NCBI GenBank assembly: GCA_030704615.1
Contig: CM060733.1
Location: 25,048,001 to 25,112,000, forward strand
DNA from: Takakia lepidozioides
Lineage: Eukaryota; Plantae; Bryophyta
Length of the DNA: 64,000 nt
Direction: 5' to 3'
The notes beneath the pieces are model-generated. The model was not told the DNA's origin and searched no databases. It saw nothing but the letters and a program-made list of their open reading frames with translations. A program made the translations under genes and the position numbers. Positions 61,530 to 64,000 of the stretch are shown piece by piece (the stretch's first letter is position 1; each line of letters starts with the position of its first letter).

Positions 61530-63230
61530 TGTCGAATGGAGTGAATCAGTGTTGTTGATTCATAGGCTGACGTGAGACTTTTAGGATTGGAATGTGTTAA
61601 AGAAGGATTAGTTAATCCATGTAGGTTAGTAAGTCTAATGTAGATAATTAGTGAGGTGTGAGTACTCCACCTGGAACACAATGTAACGCGTTGAGCTCGG
61701 GGGTGAAGCACAGAGATTACTGTGCCTTCTATGGCTGTGCCTTCTATGGCTGGGAGGAGAGTTCAACGTAATATATTTCTAGTATTTTATTCTCTGTCTC
61801 TTTCACTTTATGGGTTGTCTTGATATTTCTATCATGGTATCAGAGCGTAGGGTATCGAAATAGACACAAGTTGTCAAGATTTCAATAGAATGGATCTCTG
61901 TTATAGAGACCATAGAAACTCAAGGAAATATAAAATGAACAAGGCAGATTTCAGGAAGTCCAAGATTATCCTCGATTAGTTCTTACGTCATTTTTGTTGC
62001 AATGGCAACAGATTTAACAAAAACTATAGAGAAGTTAGAGGGTCCCAATTTTTCCACATGGAAAATACGGATGTTGTATCTTCTCAAGAGAAATAACTTA
62101 TGGGATTTAGTTATTGGTACTGAAGTTAAACCAGCTAGTAGGACATCCCCCGGAGGAACAGTAACAAATCCACCAACAACAGGCTAGGTTCAATTGCTAA
62201 TTGGGAGGATAAGGATAGAACTGCCCAGATGCTTATAGTGGACAATGTTATAAATTCCTGTCTAGGTCATGCTACATCTGGTCTAACTGCGACAAAAAAT
62301 TGGTCGGAATTACAACGAATGTATCAGAATAAGGACACGATGAATAAGATATATTTAAGAAAGAAATATGTTAATTTTCTCATGCAAGAAGATGATGATT
62401 TGACAAAACATCTTCATGAGTTTAAAATGCTTTTAGAACAATTGTCATGAGTTGGGGTAAGTTATACTGATGAAGATAAAGTTGAAACTCTTCTTGGAAG
62501 TCTCCTGATTCATATGATCCAGTAGTAATGACACTTGAGAACCAGTGATTTTTTTCTTGAATTTGAAAAATAGCACGAATGGCTATTAAATTTTACAAGA
62601 AATAGCTATATATTTTGTTCATCCATTGAAATTTGGATAGAATCATCCTCCTATGTACTTCATCCATTTATATCATCCATATTTGGTGAATTCATCCATT
62701 ATTATTTTATCTTTGTAGTAGTTTGGCGATTTCATCCATGAAAAAATTGGGAATTTACAACAGAATATTCCTCTTTTTTTTTTTGAGGTCGCCATTTGGC
62801 GATTTTTCGCCAAGAAAAAAAACACTGTTGAGAACACTAGAGATCTAACCTTTCAGGATGTATTATCAAAATTAATGCAAGAGCATATTCGACGAAACAA
62901 ACATAGAAATTCTACACATACAAGGGATCCACAGCTTTGTGGGTTGGCAGAAAAACCTCACAAAGTGGGCAGTCCACTAACCCTCGTGGTGCCGAGAATA
63001 GCACATCTAGTGAGAGTTCTATGTCCCGCCCCAACACTGGATCTAGTTTTAATAATAAAAACAACAATCAGAATAAGAAAAAGGGAGTATATAATTATTG
63101 CAAGAAACCAGGACTCACACTATAAGAAGGAGTCAGTCGGAAGTATTTAGCGGATGTTAAAGCAGGAAAGAGTCAAAGTTGGTCCCAACCAACAGGGAGA
63201 ACCGGCAGCAGTTACATGCTAGCCGACTGA
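61530..63230 (+). mobile_element. Ty1/copia 5' half: LTR (start uncertain, ends CA at 61834), PBS, decayed gag
   Basis: PBS TGGTATCAGAGC at 61835-61846 (tRNA-iMet). gag from ATG 62002: IEKLEGPNFSTWKIRM..LL....LWDLV, then a UBN2-like segment and a degenerate zinc knuckle YCKKPG. No pol follows. Confidence 0.9.
62543..62827. mobile_element. hAT-type MITE (285 bp) inside the copia gag
   Basis: TIRs CAGTGATTTTTTTCTTG / CAAGAAAAAAAACACTG; 8-bp TSD TTGAGAAC at 62535-62542 and 62828-62835. Confidence 0.92.
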
Positions 63231-64000
63231 TTTCCAGAATTTCCGAATGAATATGAAACCTCACGAAATGGATCCGAGGGAAAAAATGGCCGAAGCGGAA
63301 ATCAACCGGGTGCCCTACTTTTAGGAAGGATATTTGCCTTTCCATTTCATTACAGATAGGAAATCTGCCTTAGTTGGCAAGGCCTGGACGGATTCCGGCC
63401 CTTCTTATATTACAAAAAACGGAAATGGCCGTTGAAGTCTGCCACATGGCAGAAATCCAACGTGCCAGTCCGGGGTACATCCAAGGAAGGGCGTTTAGTT
63501 GAAAAAATATTGAACTCAAGAGGGCGGGGGCGGGCAAACCCTACTAAGTCTGGACGCTGCTCTCGCAGCCCCACGCCTGCTTGCACTCCCTACCTGCTAT
63601 CACAGCTCACCTGTCCACGCGGGTTCAATTCTTGGCCTCCATGTGGTTTGAGGGCATTGACAGGTCCAACTTCTATAAGGATACAATGTTCTTCACTTGT
63701 TTGAATTGCTTAAAACTGGTTGTGATTATTTTTTATTTATTTATTTTACTTATTGTTGTGCATTTGACACTTGTGTTGTCAACCGGTTGATATTTCTAAG
63801 GGCCGGATTTATAGCTGAACACAAAATAAATCATTAGGAAAAAAAATGTCTAGCTCCTACATTATATAAGTTCTCTGTAGCAGCTGAAACTGCAGCCACC
63901 GATTGAGGCACAATATGTTTTCATTACATCTGTAGGTCCCATGTCTCGGAGATGCTATATGAGAAATCGTTGCCGCCAGTGTGTATAATGTATAATCCAT

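Overview
Nuclear DNA of a land plant, most consistent with a non-seed plant (fern, lycophyte or bryophyte); the species cannot be determined from the sequence. Four apparently intact host genes are present: a small SMP/LEA-like hydrophilin (1979-2302, -), a 15-exon ANTH/AP180 clathrin-assembly gene (24697-32342, +), a PLS-class PPR-DYW RNA-editing factor (34946-37505, +) and a 10-exon S28 prolyl-carboxypeptidase (56947-61283, +). They lie among pseudogenes (GH18 class IIIb chitinase in two rearranged copies, PPR fragments, an ankyrin/PGG fragment) and many transposon relics (chromovirus Ty3/gypsy inside a MULE-like transposase, LINE tails, a tRNA-derived SINE, a Ty1/copia 5' half containing a hAT-type MITE). 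A 53-bp satellite with a 380-bp higher-order repeat is also present. The standout is a 13.1-kb Ty3/gypsy insertion (40068-53151, flanked by a TTGG duplication). Its decayed polyprotein reads gag - protease - complete DNMT3-like C5 cytosine methyltransferase - RT - RNase H - DDE integrase - PHD finger. It lacks a normal LTR pair and has an A...B-A-[inverted gag]-B terminal layout with a 1.7-kb antisense copy of its own gag region. All domain calls are by-eye motif recognition; no searches were run.
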